Shown: piece after piece, positions 47,775-57,704 of the stretch
How positions within the stretch are numbered: position 1 is the first letter of the stretch
Layout of the letters: each line of letters opens with the position of its first letter
Source: Deltaproteobacteria bacterium
GTDB taxonomy: Bacteria > Myxococcota > SpSt-1050
Length of the DNA: 64,000 nucleotides
Direction: 5' to 3'
NCBI GenBank assembly: GCA_026416535.1
Contig: JAOAFA010000121.1
Span: forward strand, 12,153-76,152
Notes under the pieces: generated by a model
Databases searched by the model: none
What the model saw: only the letters and a program-made list of their open reading frames with translations
Told to the model about the DNA's origin: nothing
Position numbers and translations under genes: made by a program

Positions 47775-50153
47775 TTACCTGAGTTTCCCATAGAACTTTT
47801 TAAGGAGAATGTCAACAATCTTTGTGTGGATTTTTTCTATCTCTTCGTCGGTTAGAGTATATTCGTTAGAACGATATCGTATTGATATACCAATACTTTT
47901 CTTACCTTCTTCGATACCGCTACCTTCATATATGTCAAATATAGATACCTTCTCGACTATTGAACTCTTCAAATTTTCTATCTCTCTTATCATCTCAATA
48001 GATGGAATATCCTTTGGCACAACGATGGCAATATCTCTGTCTATGGCGGGGGAGATTGAAAAGTTTTTAAATTCCGGGGGGGATGAGATAAAACTCTCAA
48101 AAAAGGCATCGAGACTCATTTCAGCGATGATTAAGTTTTGCTTTATATCAAATTTTTTTAGAATCCTTGGATGAAGTTCTCCCAGGAGACCAATCGTCTG
48201 TCCGTCAATTGTCAAAATAGCACTTTTGCCAGAATGCATAAATTCTGGAATCCCGTTTTTTGTAAAGTCAGGGTCCTTTATATTTAAAGTTTTTAGTAAG
48301 TTTTCGATGATCCCCTTTATATCAAAGAAATCATAATCTCTCTGTACATTTGCCCATATTCTTTCGTGTGTTTTGCCTGACAGGAGAATCCCTAAGTGCT
48401 CATTTTCGGTAATTTCTTGATCCCCAAAAAAGACCTTACCTTTTTCAAATATCCTGATATCTCTATTCTGCCTATTTATATTTAGGGTCGCTGTGTGAAT
48501 GAGAGATGGAATTAGAGATTTCCTCATAGATGCCATATTCTGTGCTATTGGATTTTTTAATATTATAGGTTTTTTGGATGAGAAAAGGGCATTGACTTCG
48601 TCAGATATAAATGAGTAATTGATGACCTCATTTAATCCTAAATTGCTGAGAAATCTTAAGATTAATCTCGAAAATCTATCTCTTATATTTGTATTGATCT
48701 CGAATATTTCTGTGTGAGGTAATGTAAACCCAAAATTGTTGTATCCATATATTCGCGCGACCTCCTCTATAATATCCTCCTCCAAAGATATATCGTATCT
48801 ATGAGATGGTATCTCTAATAATATAGAATCTGAATCCTGCATAACTATTTTAATACCCAGATTGGATAGCGTTTGGTCTACAAAGTTTCTATCGATTTTT
48901 CTCCCAAGGATCTTGTCTACTTTCTTGTAGTGAAGTCTCAGTGTCTTTTTCGTATTTATATTGGGATTTTTGATGGTAGTGGTTTTGAAGATAGTTGTCT
49001 CTGGTAGTTCTTGCTTGAGTAAATACATAAACCTCTTTGTTGCGTAATCGACTGTTTCCGGGTTAACACCTCGAGCAAATCTATAACTTGATTCGGAGTT
49101 TAAATTAAACATTGAGGTTGAAAGTCTTATTGTAATGGGATCAAAGATTGCACACTCAAGAAGTATATATTTGGTATCTTTTAGTATGGAGCCGTATTCA
49201 CTACCCATTATCCCTGCTAATGCCAGAGGTGATGATTCATCACAAATTAGAAGATTTTGTGGGGTTAGTGATAATTCTACACCGTTTAGTAGTCTTATAC
49301 GCTCACCATTTCTCGCATTTCTGACTATTATTCTTCCTCCCTTTATATAAGAAAAGTCAAAGGTGTGATTTGGATGACCTGTCTCAAGCATTACGAGGTT
49401 AGATAAATCTACTATATTGTTAATGGGTCTAAGTCCTGACTCTATTAGGACTTTTTGGATTAGTATATCTGATTCCTTGATATTAATACCTTCTGCAAAA
49501 GTCCCTTGGTATAGAGGACAAGCAATTTGATTCTCTACTTCTATGCTTATGGGGGAGTCTTTGTCATTGTGTAGTACCTCTGCCGGTGGAGGTATAACTT
49601 TGGCATTATAATAGGCTGCCAATTCCCTGGCTATACCTATGTATGATAATGCATCTCCTCTGTTAGGGGTTATGTTGAGGTCGATGATGGCTGTATCTTT
49701 CTCCAAAATATCTATAATTGGTGTACCGGCAGGTTTTTTTGAGGAGAATAACCATATTCCTTCAGATTTTTCTTCAAGGTTAAGCTCTTCAAGCGACAGT
49801 AACATCCCAAAAGATTTTATCCCGTTGAAATTCTTCTCCTTGATCTCAAAGCCCAAAATCTTTGTACCAGGCGGTGCCCACACCCCTTTTGCACCGCTTC
49901 TTACATTTTTGGCACCACATACTACAGTGATGTCTTGCCTTCCGTCAGTAATATTGACAATATTTAATTCGGGATTTGATGGATGTCTCTGACTTGAGAT
50001 AATCTCTACTATTAAGATTTTTTCATCTATGTTTTTGTAAGGATAGGATACCCCCTCTACTTCAAACCCTCTGAGGGTGAGATCATTGATGAGTATGGTG
50101 GGATTAAGCTCTTTGCTAAGAAAATTCCTCAAATATGAGAGAGATATTTTCAT
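47775..50153 (-). CDS. pheT: Phenylalanine--tRNA ligase beta subunit
   Basis: 792 aa. tRNA-binding N-terminal domain, B3/B4 and B5 domains, C-terminal FDX-ACB-like domain. Adjacent to pheS. Confidence 0.93.
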   Translation of the reverse strand: MKISLSYLRNFLSKELNPTILINDLTLRGFEVEGVSYPYKNIDEKILIVEIISSQRHPSNPELNIVNITDGRQDITVVCGAKNVRSGAKGVWAPPGTKILGFEIKEKNFNGIKSFGMLLSLEELNLEEKSEGIWLFSSKKPAGTPIIDILEKDTAIIDLNITPNRGDALSYIGIARELAAYYNAKVIPPPAEVLHNDKDSPISIEVENQIACPLYQGTFAEGINIKESDILIQKVLIESGLRPINNIVDLSNLVMLETGHPNHTFDFSYIKGGRIIVRNARNGERIRLLNGVELSLTPQNLLICDESSPLALAGIMGSEYGSILKDTKYILLECAIFDPITIRLSTSMFNLNSESSYRFARGVNPETVDYATKRFMYLLKQELPETTIFKTTTIKNPNINTKKTLRLHYKKVDKILGRKIDRNFVDQTLSNLGIKIVMQDSDSILLEIPSHRYDISLEEDIIEEVARIYGYNNFGFTLPHTEIFEINTNIRDRFSRLILRFLSNLGLNEVINYSFISDEVNALFSSKKPIILKNPIAQNMASMRKSLIPSLIHTATLNINRQNRDIRIFEKGKVFFGDQEITENEHLGILLSGKTHERIWANVQRDYDFFDIKGIIENLLKTLNIKDPDFTKNGIPEFMHSGKSAILTIDGQTIGLLGELHPRILKKFDIKQNLIIAEMSLDAFFESFISSPPEFKNFSISPAIDRDIAIVVPKDIPSIEMIREIENLKSSIVEKVSIFDIYEGSGIEEGKKSIGISIRYRSNEYTLTDEEIEKIHTKIVDILLKKFYGKLR

Positions 50154-50157
50154 AGAC

Positions 50158-51171
50158 TTAAAACTGCCCTAAAAATCTTAGATCATTATCGAAGAACAAT
50201 CTAAGATCGGGTATCTTGTATTTTAACATTGCCATTCTCTCAACACCCATGCCAAAAGCAAAGCCAGTAAACTCCTCAGGATCTATATTAACGTTCTTTA
50301 ACACGTAGGGATTCACCATACCGCAACCCATGACCTCTAGAAATCCGGAATTTTTACATATGTTACACCCCTTACCCATACACATTTGGCATTCTATATC
50401 TACCTCAGCGCTCGGTTCGGTAAATGGAAAGTATGAGGCTCTAAATCTTGTTTTTGTGTTCTGTCCAAAAAATGATTTTAGAAATAAATCTATGGTTCCT
50501 CGTAGATCTTCAAATGAGACGTCTCTATCAACGAGTAATCCCTCAACTTGGTGGAACATAGGGCTATGTGTAGCATCTGAGTCGCATCTGTAGACTGTCC
50601 CTGGGGATATTATTTTGATTGGGGGGGCTTTTTTTAGCATTGTTCTGATTTGAACAGGAGAGGTATGTGTCCTCAAAACTAGCTCATCAGATATGTAGAA
50701 TGTCGCCTGCATATCTCTTGCTGGATGAAGTGGTGGGATATTCAATAGCTCAAAATTGTACTTATCAAGTTCTATATCCGGTCCGTACTCTATGCCGTAT
50801 CCGAGTCTTAAAAAAATGTCGGTTATCTCCTCCATGGTACGAGTAATAGGGTGTATTGAACCTAGGGGTAATCTTCTACCTGGGAGGGTTATGTCTATAG
50901 CCTCTTTCCTTAGTCTCTCATCTGTCTCTTTTTCGAAGAGAATTTCTTTCTTTTCGGATATAGTATTTTCAATAAAGTTCTTTAATTCGTTAACTGTGGC
51001 ACCGAATTTTTTTCTCTCCTCTATTGGAACTCTACTGATCTCTTTTAGGAGTTGGGAGACAATCCCTTTCGAGCCGATATATTTTAGTCTTATTGCCTCA
51101 AGCTCCCTAAGGTTATTTACGGACTTTATATCTTGTATAAAGTCTTCTCGTATTGAAGCAATTTTGTCCAT
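50158..51171 (-). CDS. pheS: Phenylalanine--tRNA ligase alpha subunit
   Basis: Class II aaRS motifs, for example GFAFGMGVERMAML and PSAEVD. Confidence 0.95.
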   Translation of the reverse strand: MDKIASIREDFIQDIKSVNNLRELEAIRLKYIGSKGIVSQLLKEISRVPIEERKKFGATVNELKNFIENTISEKKEILFEKETDERLRKEAIDITLPGRRLPLGSIHPITRTMEEITDIFLRLGYGIEYGPDIELDKYNFELLNIPPLHPARDMQATFYISDELVLRTHTSPVQIRTMLKKAPPIKIISPGTVYRCDSDATHSPMFHQVEGLLVDRDVSFEDLRGTIDLFLKSFFGQNTKTRFRASYFPFTEPSAEVDIECQMCMGKGCNICKNSGFLEVMGCGMVNPYVLKNVNIDPEEFTGFAFGMGVERMAMLKYKIPDLRLFFDNDLRFLGQF

Positions 51172-51184
51172 TTGATACGGAGAA

Positions 51185-51532
51185 TTACGCCTTTACTGCC
51201 TCAACAATCTTGGCAAAACCTTTTGAGTCATTTACAGCAATGTGGGCGAGCATCTTCCTGTCAAGAGAGATATTTGCCTTTTTGATGAGATTCATGAATT
51301 TGCTGTATGTAAGACCCATTTTTGATACCGCAATATTTATTCTCTCAATCCAGAGTCTCCTGTAATCTCTCTTCTTGATCTTTCTACCACTAAATGCAAA
51401 GGCTAATCCTCTGTGGACAGTGTGGAGAGCAATTTTGTATACTTTTGATCGCCCACCGTAGTTTCCTTTGGCGAGCTTTAGTATCTTCTTGTGCCTTCTT
51501 CTCGTCTTTGTTCCACCTTTTACTCTCGGCAT
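51185..51532 (-). CDS. rplT: 50S ribosomal protein L20
   Basis: MPRVKGGTKTRRRHKKILKLAKG... Confidence 0.95.
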   Translation of the reverse strand: MPRVKGGTKTRRRHKKILKLAKGNYGGRSKVYKIALHTVHRGLAFAFSGRKIKKRDYRRLWIERINIAVSKMGLTYSKFMNLIKKANISLDRKMLAHIAVNDSKGFAKIVEAVKA

Positions 51533-51547
51533 ATCTCACCTCCGCTT

Positions 51548-51742
51548 TCAATTGGGTAATAATCTTTTAATTGTCTTCAAATTGGCCTTCGCCACAAGCG
51601 TGGGTTTTTTTAAGTTTCTCTTCCTTTTCCTATCCTTAAAACCCAATAGGTGGCTTTTGTAGGCCTTGAATCTTTTGAATACCCCTGATTTGAGCTTTTT
51701 AATCCTCTTGGCTGCACCTGATTTTGTTTTGATCTTTGGCAT
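51548..51742 (-). CDS. rpmI: 50S ribosomal protein L35
   Basis: [16 protein letters not shown]... Confidence 0.95.
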   Translation of the reverse strand: MPKIKTKSGAAKRIKKLKSGVFKRFKAYKSHLLGFKDRKRKRNLKKPTLVAKANLKTIKRLLPN

Positions 51743-51757
51743 TTTGACATCTCCTTG

Positions 51758-52267
51758 TTACTTTTTTGTTAAAAGCATGACTATGGATCTGCCTTCTAAT
51801 TTAGGTGGGACTTCGACCTTTGCAATGTCCTCTGTCTCCTTAATAATCTTATTAACCATTGGTTGAGCAATCTCAATGTGTTGCATCTCTCTTCCTCTGA
51901 ACACAATGGTCACCTTTGCCTTGTTCCCATCCTGAATAAATCTTCTTATGTGTGCGATCTTAAATTGTAGATCATGATCTTCTGTACGAGGTCTCAACTT
52001 AATCTCCTTAATCTCTACTATTGTCTGCTTTGCTTTCGCAGCCTGGGCCTTCTTTTTCTCCTGATATTTATACTTCCCATAGTCGATAATCTTGCATACC
52101 GGTGGAGATTGATTCGGTACAATCTCTACGAGGTCGAGGCCTTTTTGGCGTGCACTCTCAAGTGCAACCTCTATAGGGACTATACCGACCATCTTCCCAT
52201 CACTATCAATCAATCTCACTTCTCTGACTTTAATCTGTTGATTTACTCTTAATTCCTTGATACTTAT
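51758..52267 (-). CDS. infC: Translation initiation factor IF-3, probably initiating at a non-canonical AUA codon
   Basis: IF-3 core sequence from ISIKELRVNQQIKVREVRLIDSDGKMVGIV. The in-frame ATA at 52265-52267 is preceded by AAGGAGG with a 6-nt spacer. The upstream in-frame ATGs lie inside the thrS coding region. Confidence 0.8.
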   Translation of the reverse strand: MSIKELRVNQQIKVREVRLIDSDGKMVGIVPIEVALESARQKGLDLVEIVPNQSPPVCKIIDYGKYKYQEKKKAQAAKAKQTIVEIKEIKLRPRTEDHDLQFKIAHIRRFIQDGNKAKVTIVFRGREMQHIEIAQPMVNKIIKETEDIAKVEVPPKLEGRSIVMLLTKK

Positions 52268-52286
52268 GGCAAACCTCCTTGAAGAA

Positions 52287-54194
52287 TTATTGACAAATCG
52301 GAATCCTGGCTGCATCGGAGAGTTTCTCAATAAATTCCTCAATTGTCATAGAGCCCAAATCCTCCATTCCTCTCGTTCTGACAGAGACGGTTTGAGATGT
52401 TGCCTCTTTCTCCCCGACTATGATCATAAAAGGGACTTTAAGAAGCTCGGCCTCCCTTATTTTATATGAGAGTTTCTCATTTCTGAGATCAATTATACTT
52501 CTAAAGCCCTTTTCAATCAGCATTGAGTTTAAACTTTTTGCATATTCATTATACTTTTCTGAGACGGGTAGTATCACAACTTGCTCAGGACTAAGCCAGA
52601 CAGGAAACGCACCTGCATAGTGTTCGATGAGAATACCGAAGAATCTTTCCATCGAGCCCAACAATGCACGATGAACTGTGTATGGTCTGTGTTTTTGGTT
52701 ATCATATCCGATGTAGGAGATATCAAATCTCTCTGGTAGGTTAAAATCGAATTGGACAGTTGTGCACTGCCATTCTCTTCCTAATGAGTCTTTTATTTTG
52801 AGATCTATCTTTGGTCCATAAAATGCTCCGCCTTTCTCTTCAATATTTAGCTTTATGTTCATCCTGTCAGCGGCCTCTCTTAGTGAATTGGTGGCCTCTT
52901 CCCACTTTGCAGGATCTCCAACAGCCTTATCAGGCCTTGTTGCAAGATATGCCTCGTATTTATTAAATCCGAATGTCTTAAATAGATCTACGGCGAATTG
53001 GACAACACCCATTACCTCGTCTTTTAATTGTTCGGGAGTACAAAATATATGTGCATCGTCTTGAGTAAAGCCTCTGACTCTAAGAAGCCCATGTAAGACA
53101 CCAGATCTCTCATATCTATATACAGTTCCAAGTTCTGCATACCTAAGAGGTAGGTCTTTATACGAACGGGTTTTAGATTTATAAATTTGGATATGAAATG
53201 GACAGTTCATAGGTTTTACGTAATATTCGAAATTATCTATCTCCATTGGACTATACATATTCTCTTTGTAGAATTCTAGATGTCCTGAGATCTTCCAGAG
53301 ATCAGCCCTTCCTATATGGGGTGAATAGACAATGCTATATCCTCTCTTTAAGTGTTGTTCTCTCCAATAATTTTCGATTTGGGTTCTTACGAAGCCACCT
53401 CTTGGGTGCCATATAATAAGGCCACCCCCGACCTCCTCGGTAGTTGAATAGAGATCAAGGGCAACCCCGAGTCTCCTATGGTCTCTCCTCTTTGCTTCCT
53501 CAAGCCTATTTAAATACTCCTCCAGTGCCTCCTTTGTAGGGAATGCCGTCCCATATATTCTTTGTAGCATTTTATTTCTTTCATCACCTCGCCAGTACGC
53601 CCCAGCAATAGACAATAGCTTAAATGCCTTTACGTATCCTGTTGAGGGGAGATGTGGACCTCTACAGAGGTCGATAAAATTCCCATGTTTGTATAAGGTA
53701 ATGACAGCTCCCTTTAGTTCCTCTAAGAGTTCAAGCTTATAATCTTCACCCCTCTGAGAGAATATCTCTTTTGCCTTTTCATAGGAGACCTCTTCTCTTA
53801 TAAAGGGGAGATCTTCTTTTATAATTTTCTTCATCTCAGCTTCGATTTTCTCTAGATCAGAGGGCTCAAATGGTCTTTCTGTATCAAAGTCATAATAAAA
53901 ACCATCTTCTATACTAGGTCCTATTGTTATTTTTACATTATTGCCAAAGATTCTTTTCACGGCATCTGCCATTATGTGAGCTGTGCTATGTCTGAGGATC
54001 TCTAGACCTTCCGGTGAGTCTATATAGATAGGTTTTATCTCTGAGTTTTCTGGGACTGGGGTCCTTAAGTCTGAGAGCCTCTCTCCTACTTTTAAGGCTA
54101 TTACTGATTTGGGAAGGTTTAGCTTTTTTACGAGATCAATGCCCGTGGTTTTCTCTGTTAGTTCAACAGGATTACCTTCAAATTGAATCTGCAT
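52287..54194 (-). CDS. thrS: Threonine--tRNA ligase
   Basis: 635 aa. TGS domain, editing domain, class II core and anticodon-binding domain, with the typical thrS-infC linkage. Confidence 0.95.
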   Translation of the reverse strand: MQIQFEGNPVELTEKTTGIDLVKKLNLPKSVIALKVGERLSDLRTPVPENSEIKPIYIDSPEGLEILRHSTAHIMADAVKRIFGNNVKITIGPSIEDGFYYDFDTERPFEPSDLEKIEAEMKKIIKEDLPFIREEVSYEKAKEIFSQRGEDYKLELLEELKGAVITLYKHGNFIDLCRGPHLPSTGYVKAFKLLSIAGAYWRGDERNKMLQRIYGTAFPTKEALEEYLNRLEEAKRRDHRRLGVALDLYSTTEEVGGGLIIWHPRGGFVRTQIENYWREQHLKRGYSIVYSPHIGRADLWKISGHLEFYKENMYSPMEIDNFEYYVKPMNCPFHIQIYKSKTRSYKDLPLRYAELGTVYRYERSGVLHGLLRVRGFTQDDAHIFCTPEQLKDEVMGVVQFAVDLFKTFGFNKYEAYLATRPDKAVGDPAKWEEATNSLREAADRMNIKLNIEEKGGAFYGPKIDLKIKDSLGREWQCTTVQFDFNLPERFDISYIGYDNQKHRPYTVHRALLGSMERFFGILIEHYAGAFPVWLSPEQVVILPVSEKYNEYAKSLNSMLIEKGFRSIIDLRNEKLSYKIREAELLKVPFMIIVGEKEATSQTVSVRTRGMEDLGSMTIEEFIEKLSDAARIPICQ

Positions 54195-54243
54195 CTCTTT
54201 TTACCTTCCCTTTGCATAGCTTAGCCCCGAATAATAAAAATAA

Positions 54244-54316
54244 TAGGCACGGACGGTCTCGAACCGTCGACCTCTGCCGTGTCAGAGCAGCGCTCTAGCC
54301 CCTGAGCTACGTGCCT
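54244..54316 (-). tRNA. tRNA-Val (anticodon GAC), no encoded CCA
   Basis: Hand-folded cloverleaf. 7-bp acceptor stem AGGCACG/CGTGCCT. D-arm GCTC...GAGC. Anticodon stem CTGCT/GGCAG with loop CTGACAC. T-arm GACGG-TTCGAGA-CCGTC. Confidence 0.85.
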
Positions 54317-54404
54317 AAAAGGAGCGATTGGTGTTTATAAATGCAAATAAAATGTTTGTCAATTTAAAAATGTGTTAGGGAATAAAGGATCACTTTTCTA
54401 AATT

Positions 54405-55391
54405 CTAATTAGATATCAAAATCTCATCATTTTTCTTTGAACCGCCAAATTCATAATGAGTAAGACCATTATTTTTTAGAACCGTATAGTAAACAAAAGG
54501 TTGCAGAACTGACTCTCGTTTGAAAACTACTATATTTACAGAACCGCATTCTGTATTTGTGCAGAAGACCTCTTTGTTTGAAGGCATGGGATAATTGTAT
54601 TGAACAAAATTCTTCTTTTCGGAGTATAGTTTACCTTCTATTCTATATTTTCTTCCAGTTGCTGAGAATGTATACTCTGGGAAGGCTATGGACTCCTTGA
54701 ACAAGACATTATTTATTGTAATAAAAGAAAAGTCCTCGTCATCAAATCTTAGATATATTCTGGATGAAGAGACTTTCCCAATAGCTCCAAGGTGGGTTTC
54801 CACTGAGATCAGCTCAAGGTATCCTCTGTGATTCTCGAAAGTATCTGTATGTGCCCATACCCATCTGTCCGGCATCTCTCTCCCCCAGATATGGCTATGA
54901 GTACCCTTGCCAGAAATCTCAAATGTCTTATCGTCAATCTCTACTTTTCCTTTGATTTCAAATGATATATTAGGAGATGCAAGATATGAGTGTAGGATGG
55001 GGATACGATACAGTTGAACCGGCAGATGTAAAAATTCATCTCCGCTTTCCATGATTAGATCCCATTTTACATTGTGTGTCTTCCCAAATATATATCCCTT
55101 GGTGTGGTTGGATGTCAGATATGTATCCTTAATCTGAACCTTTTCGTCGGAAAATACACAGTCAGACATTTTGAAATTTTCAGATATAACTGATATGATC
55201 CCATCTTTTGTGAATGCTGTAAACCAGATGTTGAGAAATGGGGACTCCATTACATTTTTGGGAACAACTAATGTAAACCTTATCCAATATCCGTCTCCTG
55301 AATTCGAGTCATTAAACGTAAGGTACCATACTTCAAAGAATCCAGGTTCCTTATTCCATCGAGCCTTTGCAGATTGTCTTAAAGTATTCAT
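54405..55391 (-). CDS. Hypothetical protein (beta-rich; possibly a lipocalin-like, CrtC-like fold), function unknown
   Basis: 328-aa ORF with no recognisable catalytic motif. Trp/His-rich segment HSHIWGREMPDRWVWAHTD. Confidence 0.4.
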   Translation of the reverse strand: MNTLRQSAKARWNKEPGFFEVWYLTFNDSNSGDGYWIRFTLVVPKNVMESPFLNIWFTAFTKDGIISVISENFKMSDCVFSDEKVQIKDTYLTSNHTKGYIFGKTHNVKWDLIMESGDEFLHLPVQLYRIPILHSYLASPNISFEIKGKVEIDDKTFEISGKGTHSHIWGREMPDRWVWAHTDTFENHRGYLELISVETHLGAIGKVSSSRIYLRFDDEDFSFITINNVLFKESIAFPEYTFSATGRKYRIEGKLYSEKKNFVQYNYPMPSNKEVFCTNTECGSVNIVVFKRESVLQPFVYYTVLKNNGLTHYEFGGSKKNDEILISN

Positions 55392-55559
55392 GATACTATG
55401 ATATCAAAAATTCAATCCCTTGCAAGCACAAAGATTACCTTGGAACAAGGTATAATAATTTTAGGTGATAGATAAAAGGCAGAGTAAAAAATCTCTTGAC
55501 ACATTGCGTCATATATGATAGGGGATGCTCAATTAAGGATTTTAAGGAGGAATATTTAA

Positions 55560-56125
55560 TGAACATGGAAACACTGAAGAATTTGAGAAATTTGGTAAAT
55601 GTAGACTTCATTAAGTCTTTGAATAGGGAACAGATAAAGGCATTGGTGGAGTACTATATCCCCAGGGGTATAAAGTTTAATTTGACAATGAGTGGAACCC
55701 ATAGAATGATTAGCGGGAAGGATGATAGGGGAGATCTGCCTTTGACCCTTACTATAAATTGTGTAAGTAATAATGTGTTAAATTTTGTTAAGAGAGACAG
55801 TGGTGAATTTCTTAGAATGGAGATAACGGGGACCATAACTGCCACGGATCTGGTGGAGAATGCAGAGGTAAGAGGTAGTGTTGAATATGACTTTATATCA
55901 AAGAGGCAGTTTGTATACGAATTTTATTTCACTGACAAAAACGGTCGCGAATATTACTTTAACGGTCACAATGACATATCAATATTTCAGCCAATTAAGT
56001 CTTTCAGCACGATGCTCGGGGAGATTGTTGACAGGGAGAGTGGGAAAATTGTATCAACTGTAGTTTTGAAGATTGAGGCGAAGGATATATTTCCGTTAAT
56101 AAAGAGTTTTAGAATTGTAAAGTAA
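55560..56125 (+). CDS. Hypothetical protein
   Basis: The ATG at 55560 is preceded by AAGGAGG. 188 aa, no recognised domain. Confidence 0.4.
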
Positions 56126-56201
56126 AAATTAAAGAATTTATTGTGGACTTTTATAAATTCTATATGTATATGAATATGTGGTTTGGGGGGTTGTATTTGT
56201 G

Positions 56202-56213
56202 CACTAATTAGTG
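56202..56213. promoter_or_regulatory. Perfect 12-bp palindrome CACTAATTAGTG about 40 bp upstream of the OFA transporter gene
   Basis: Seen directly. Followed by a further ACTAAT copy. Confidence 0.3.
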
Positions 56214-56253
56214 TGTACTAATCAAAGTTTGGTACTTACTTAGGAGGAGTACT

Positions 56254-57597
56254 ATGTCAGAGGAGAAAACCTTTAATAGATGGTTGGTGGTAGTTGGTGC
56301 ACTACTTATTCAAATCTCGTTAGGTGCCATATATATATATTCGGTGTTTAAACCTGCTCTTAAGGACAAGTTTCCTAACTGGTCACCTACGGATTTGGCT
56401 TTGCCTTCCCAACTTGTATTGGCATTTTTTGCATTGGGGATGATAATCTTTGGTAGGATTCAGGATAAACTGGGCCCAAGAAAGATCGCTACGCTCGGAG
56501 GTATTCTATTGGGTATAGGTCTGATAATAGCTTCATTTGCTTCAAACTTATTTGTGTTTGTTTTGGGATTTTCCATTATTGGAGGGATTGGGATAGGGGC
56601 GGCTTATGTGTGTCCTATTGCTACTTGTGTGAAGTGGTTTCCTGACATGAGAGGTCTTATAACGGGTTTAGCCGTTGCCGGTTTTGGTGCTGGTGCCTTA
56701 GTATTTACGCCAGTGGCTAAAACACTTATTGCTTCTCAAGGAATAATGGAGACATTTCTTTACTTGGGGATAATTTTCTTAATCACAGTTGTAATTGGTG
56801 CACAATTTATGATAAATCCACCCGCCGGTTACAAGCCCGAAGGATGGAATCCGCCTGCACCCGCCGCATCTACGTCAGGTGCTGTACAGAAGACTGACTT
56901 CACATGGCAAGAGATGCTCAAAACAGTACAGTTCTGGCTCCTGTGGCTTACCTATTTTGCAGGGTGTACAGCAGGTTTGATGATCATAATGAATGCTACA
57001 AATATATGGCAATCTTTTTCATTGCTAAAGATTTTTAGTGGGGTACCTATTCCAAAAGATGTTTATTCGGATATAATTTCCAAGGGGGCCTCTGCCGTCA
57101 TGGTTGTGGCGATTTTAAATGCCCTGGGTAGAATTGCCTGGGGGAAGATTTCGGATGTTATTGGTAGGAGGATGACACTGATAATAATGTTTCTATATGC
57201 TGGGGTTATCATGCTGCTATTAAAATTCTTTACCGCTTACGGGCTATACCTATTTGGTGTTGCATCGATCGGCTTTTGTTTTGGTGGTTTCCTAGCCCTC
57301 TACCCTGCTGTTACGGCTGATTTCTTCGGAACAAAGAATGTAGGAGCAAATTATGGCTGGATGTTTTCAGCCTATGGTGCTGGTGGATTATTTGGTCCTT
57401 GGCTGGCCCCTAAGCTTATGAGTGTTCTAAAGAGTGTTCCATATGAGGCGGTTGAGAAGAGTGGGGAGGTTGTCCAGAAAATATATGAAGCTGGTAATTA
57501 TACGGACGCCTTTGTTATTTCAGGTGGTCTTTGTATTATTTCAGCAATTCTTATTTTTATTCTCAAGGCTCCTAAGATAGAAGAGAAGAATAGTTAA
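56254..57597 (+). CDS. MFS transporter, oxalate:formate antiporter (OFA) family-like
   Basis: 12 TM helices. N-terminal NRWLVVVGALLIQISLGAIYIYSVF and GRIQDKLGPRK loop, typical of the OFA family. Confidence 0.75.
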   Translation: MSEEKTFNRWLVVVGALLIQISLGAIYIYSVFKPALKDKFPNWSPTDLALPSQLVLAFFALGMIIFGRIQDKLGPRKIATLGGILLGIGLIIASFASNLFVFVLGFSIIGGIGIGAAYVCPIATCVKWFPDMRGLITGLAVAGFGAGALVFTPVAKTLIASQGIMETFLYLGIIFLITVVIGAQFMINPPAGYKPEGWNPPAPAASTSGAVQKTDFTWQEMLKTVQFWLLWLTYFAGCTAGLMIIMNATNIWQSFSLLKIFSGVPIPKDVYSDIISKGASAVMVVAILNALGRIAWGKISDVIGRRMTLIIMFLYAGVIMLLLKFFTAYGLYLFGVASIGFCFGGFLALYPAVTADFFGTKNVGANYGWMFSAYGAGGLFGPWLAPKLMSVLKSVPYEAVEKSGEVVQKIYEAGNYTDAFVISGGLCIISAILIFILKAPKIEEKNS

Positions 57598-57704
57598 ATT
57601 TGATTCCCTTTTACAGTTTGAGTGTCAATATTTTTTGGGCGGAGTTAGTGTTTTTGCTTTGAATATAGTTGAAAAAAGAGAATTATTGGTCTAATACCCA
57701 AATC

